Under the pieces are notes generated by a model. That model saw nothing but the letters and a program-made list of their open reading frames with translations, did not search any database and was not told the DNA's origin. The position numbers and the translations under genes were made by a program. A stretch of DNA of 57,390 nt. Source: Patescibacteria group bacterium. Its GTDB lineage: Bacteria; Patescibacteriota; Minisyncoccia; UBA6257; UBA9933. Shown piece by piece: positions 56,072 to 57,390 of this stretch. Position 1 is the first letter of the stretch. Each line of letters begins with the position of its first letter. The DNA lies in the NCBI GenBank assembly GCA_038063335.1, contig JBBTVF010000045.1, forward strand, positions 1 through 57,390, written 5' to 3'.

Positions 56072-56126
56072 CGTGCCCGGGCCACACGCACCCCATGCGC
56101 GCACACTGCCATTATGCTACAGCCCG
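56072..56126 (-). pseudogene. 5' two-thirds of a second tRNA-Pro (GGG), truncated in the T-arm by element E5
   Basis: CGGGCTG-TA-GCAT-AATGGCA-GTGT-G-CGCGC-ATGGGGT-GCGTG-TGGC-CCGGG, then the element. A decayed 3' remnant (TGAAATT-CCCGA-CGACCCG-A) lies at 55942-55963. Confidence 0.6.
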
Positions 56127-56308
56127 CGCTTTGCTTGCGTTTTAATGCATTTCGTGCAAGCTAAAACACGCCCCGCCCCGGCGGGGTTCTTGGTAAATTG
56201 AAGATTTGGGTATTTTCTTTTTTTGGAAGTCGGATTGTAATTACCGCGAAGTTTTTTTCTCGTTCCGCGAATAATTGAACCCTTCTCGCAAATTTTACAT
56301 TGTCTCAT
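56117..56308 (-). CDS. rpmB: ribosomal protein L28 (zinc form)
   Basis: MRQCKICEKG...PNLQ...CTKCIK. Confidence 0.8.
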   Translation of the reverse strand: MRQCKICEKGSIIRGTRKKLRGNYNPTSKKRKYPNLQFTKNPAGAGRVLACTKCIKTQAKRGL

Positions 56309-56360
56309 GCGAATTTTATATAAATTTTTAAACGAAGTGATGAAAATTTATCTATAAAAT

Positions 56361-56633
56361 TCAGCACCCCGCCAAAGGCGTGGGTAGAATTTTATTATTT
56401 AATAATTTTTTAAACGCTTCGCCGGATTTATAACTTTTAATTTGTTTTTCTCTTTTTCTTGCTTCTTCTAATATCTTATATTCTTCCACTAAAATAATTT
56501 CAAGGGGTATATGCCTTATTAATGATTTAGTTTTACCGCTATTATGTTCTTTTAATCTTCTTTGAAGATTATCCGTATAGCCAATATAATGCCTACTTGT
56601 TTTTTTAGATTTTAGAATATAAACAAAATACAT
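56361..56633 (-). CDS. small GIY-YIG domain protein
   Basis: MYFVYILKS..RHYIGYTDNLQRRLKEHN. Start chosen at the internal Met. Confidence 0.8.
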   Translation of the reverse strand: MYFVYILKSKKTSRHYIGYTDNLQRRLKEHNSGKTKSLIRHIPLEIILVEEYKILEEARKREKQIKSYKSGEAFKKLLNNKILPTPLAGC

Positions 56634-56862
56634 ATTGCAGCCCCGCTTTCGCCTTGCTTCTTCGGGGCAAATTTTTTCTTTTAGAAAAAATTTGAGCCCC
56701 GATTGTTGGATTATCCCGGCAAAAGCCAAGTGGGTAAGCTCAATTTCAACCCGAAGATTAAAATACTGTTGCCTTCCCTTTTATAAATCCTTGATCCGAG
56801 AATCACAACCAAGGCTCATTATTATGATAAACAATTAAAGAAAAAAATCAATGTCAAACTTA

Positions 56863-57390
56863 TTATTTGCCGCCGGTCTTCAAATAATTTTTCAAAAAAT
56901 CAATAACTGAATTATCTTGAAATTTAATCCTTTCTACGATTGGCATATTTCTTAAAATTTTTCCGATTTTATCCTGTAATTCTAATTTCTCTTTTGCCTC
57001 CCACCACTGCGGACTTCCCCATTCCGGCGTCGCTGTTGTGTACGCTTCAACCCCTTGCGGCTTGGCAAAACCGCTGTCCATCACCTCTTTAATTTTTAAT
57101 TTTCCCAAAGATTTTTCATTCAACCATGAAGATTTTTCAACATCAATTTTTGCCTTATTTTCAAGCCAATTTTGAACATTAGAATAAGGAATTTCTTTTG
57201 TTCCGGGTTGAATCGAATCAGCGGGATATTTCTTATTCAACCTTTCTATGTCTTCCTCATAAAGCATTTTCTTGCTTCCGTCAAAATATTCCGGAGGTAC
57301 TTTTATTGGTTGAGCTTGTTCAATGGGCGATACATCGGGAACAATCCGCGCTTTTAAATATTCCGTATCATTTACTAAATCAATCTTCCC
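56863..57390 (-). CDS. hypothetical protein, 5'-partial (frame open to the right edge)
   Basis: Hand translation upstream of the track's Met at 57267 finds no stop codon up to position 57390. Confidence 0.45.
   Translation of the reverse strand, partial: GKIDLVNDTEYLKARIVPDVSPIEQAQPIKVPPEYFDGSKKMLYEEDIERLNKKYPADSIQPGTKEIPYSNVQNWLENKAKIDVEKSSWLNEKSLGKLKIKEVMDSGFAKPQGVEAYTTATPEWGSPQWWEAKEKLELQDKIGKILRNMPIVERIKFQDNSVIDFLKNYLKTGGK

Noticed and set aside
56634-56862. A structured ncRNA or riboswitch upstream of the GIY-YIG gene.
   Set aside because: Hairpins are present, but I recognise no known RNA family signature and cannot test covariation.

Overview
This 57.4 kb window is AT-rich, and almost every gene is on the minus strand. 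It holds a partial 23S rRNA with no 16S upstream, four tRNAs plus one tRNA remnant, and a rearranged ribosomal-protein superoperon: rpsL-rpsG-fusA, rplM-rpsI, then infA-rpmJ-rpsM-rpsK-rpsD-rpoA-rplQ-tuf-rpsJ, a small island, and rplC through rplO-secY-adk-map. L30 is absent. Other genes include aminoacyl-tRNA synthetases, ftsQ/ftsA/ftsZ, type IV pilus-like genes, class II RNR, pyrG, fpg, fba and a pfkB kinase. The streamlined style, missing L30 and unlinked 23S suggest a Candidate Phyla Radiation (Patescibacteria/Parcubacteria-like) genome; that assignment is inference only. I saw no CRISPR array, transposase, integrase or recognisable defence genes. The main signal is non-genic: several families of structured repeats sit precisely at gene junctions or in-frame inside genes. 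(1) The F family has six copies of about 145 nt with 20-bp perfect inverted termini. Five lie exactly between a TAA and the next ATG, and removing them restores an overlapping TAATG. (2) The E family has five copies with CCCCCACACC...GGTGTGGGGG termini and 4-bp TNNA direct duplications. One rebuilt the L17 start codon as GTG, one adds 24 in-frame codons to fpg, and one carries an intact tRNA-Pro(GGG) and splits an older tRNA-Pro(GGG). (3) An ATTCGC-rich spacer family has three copies. (4) GC-rich mini-palindromes are embedded in-frame in several genes. Other items: a 1.2 kb two-gene island splitting rpsJ from rplC, a 609-aa Cys-rich repeat protein with a compositional break, and an RpoA with no C-terminal domain. 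Coordinates not anchored on the ORF track are hand-counted and may be off by 1-2 nt.
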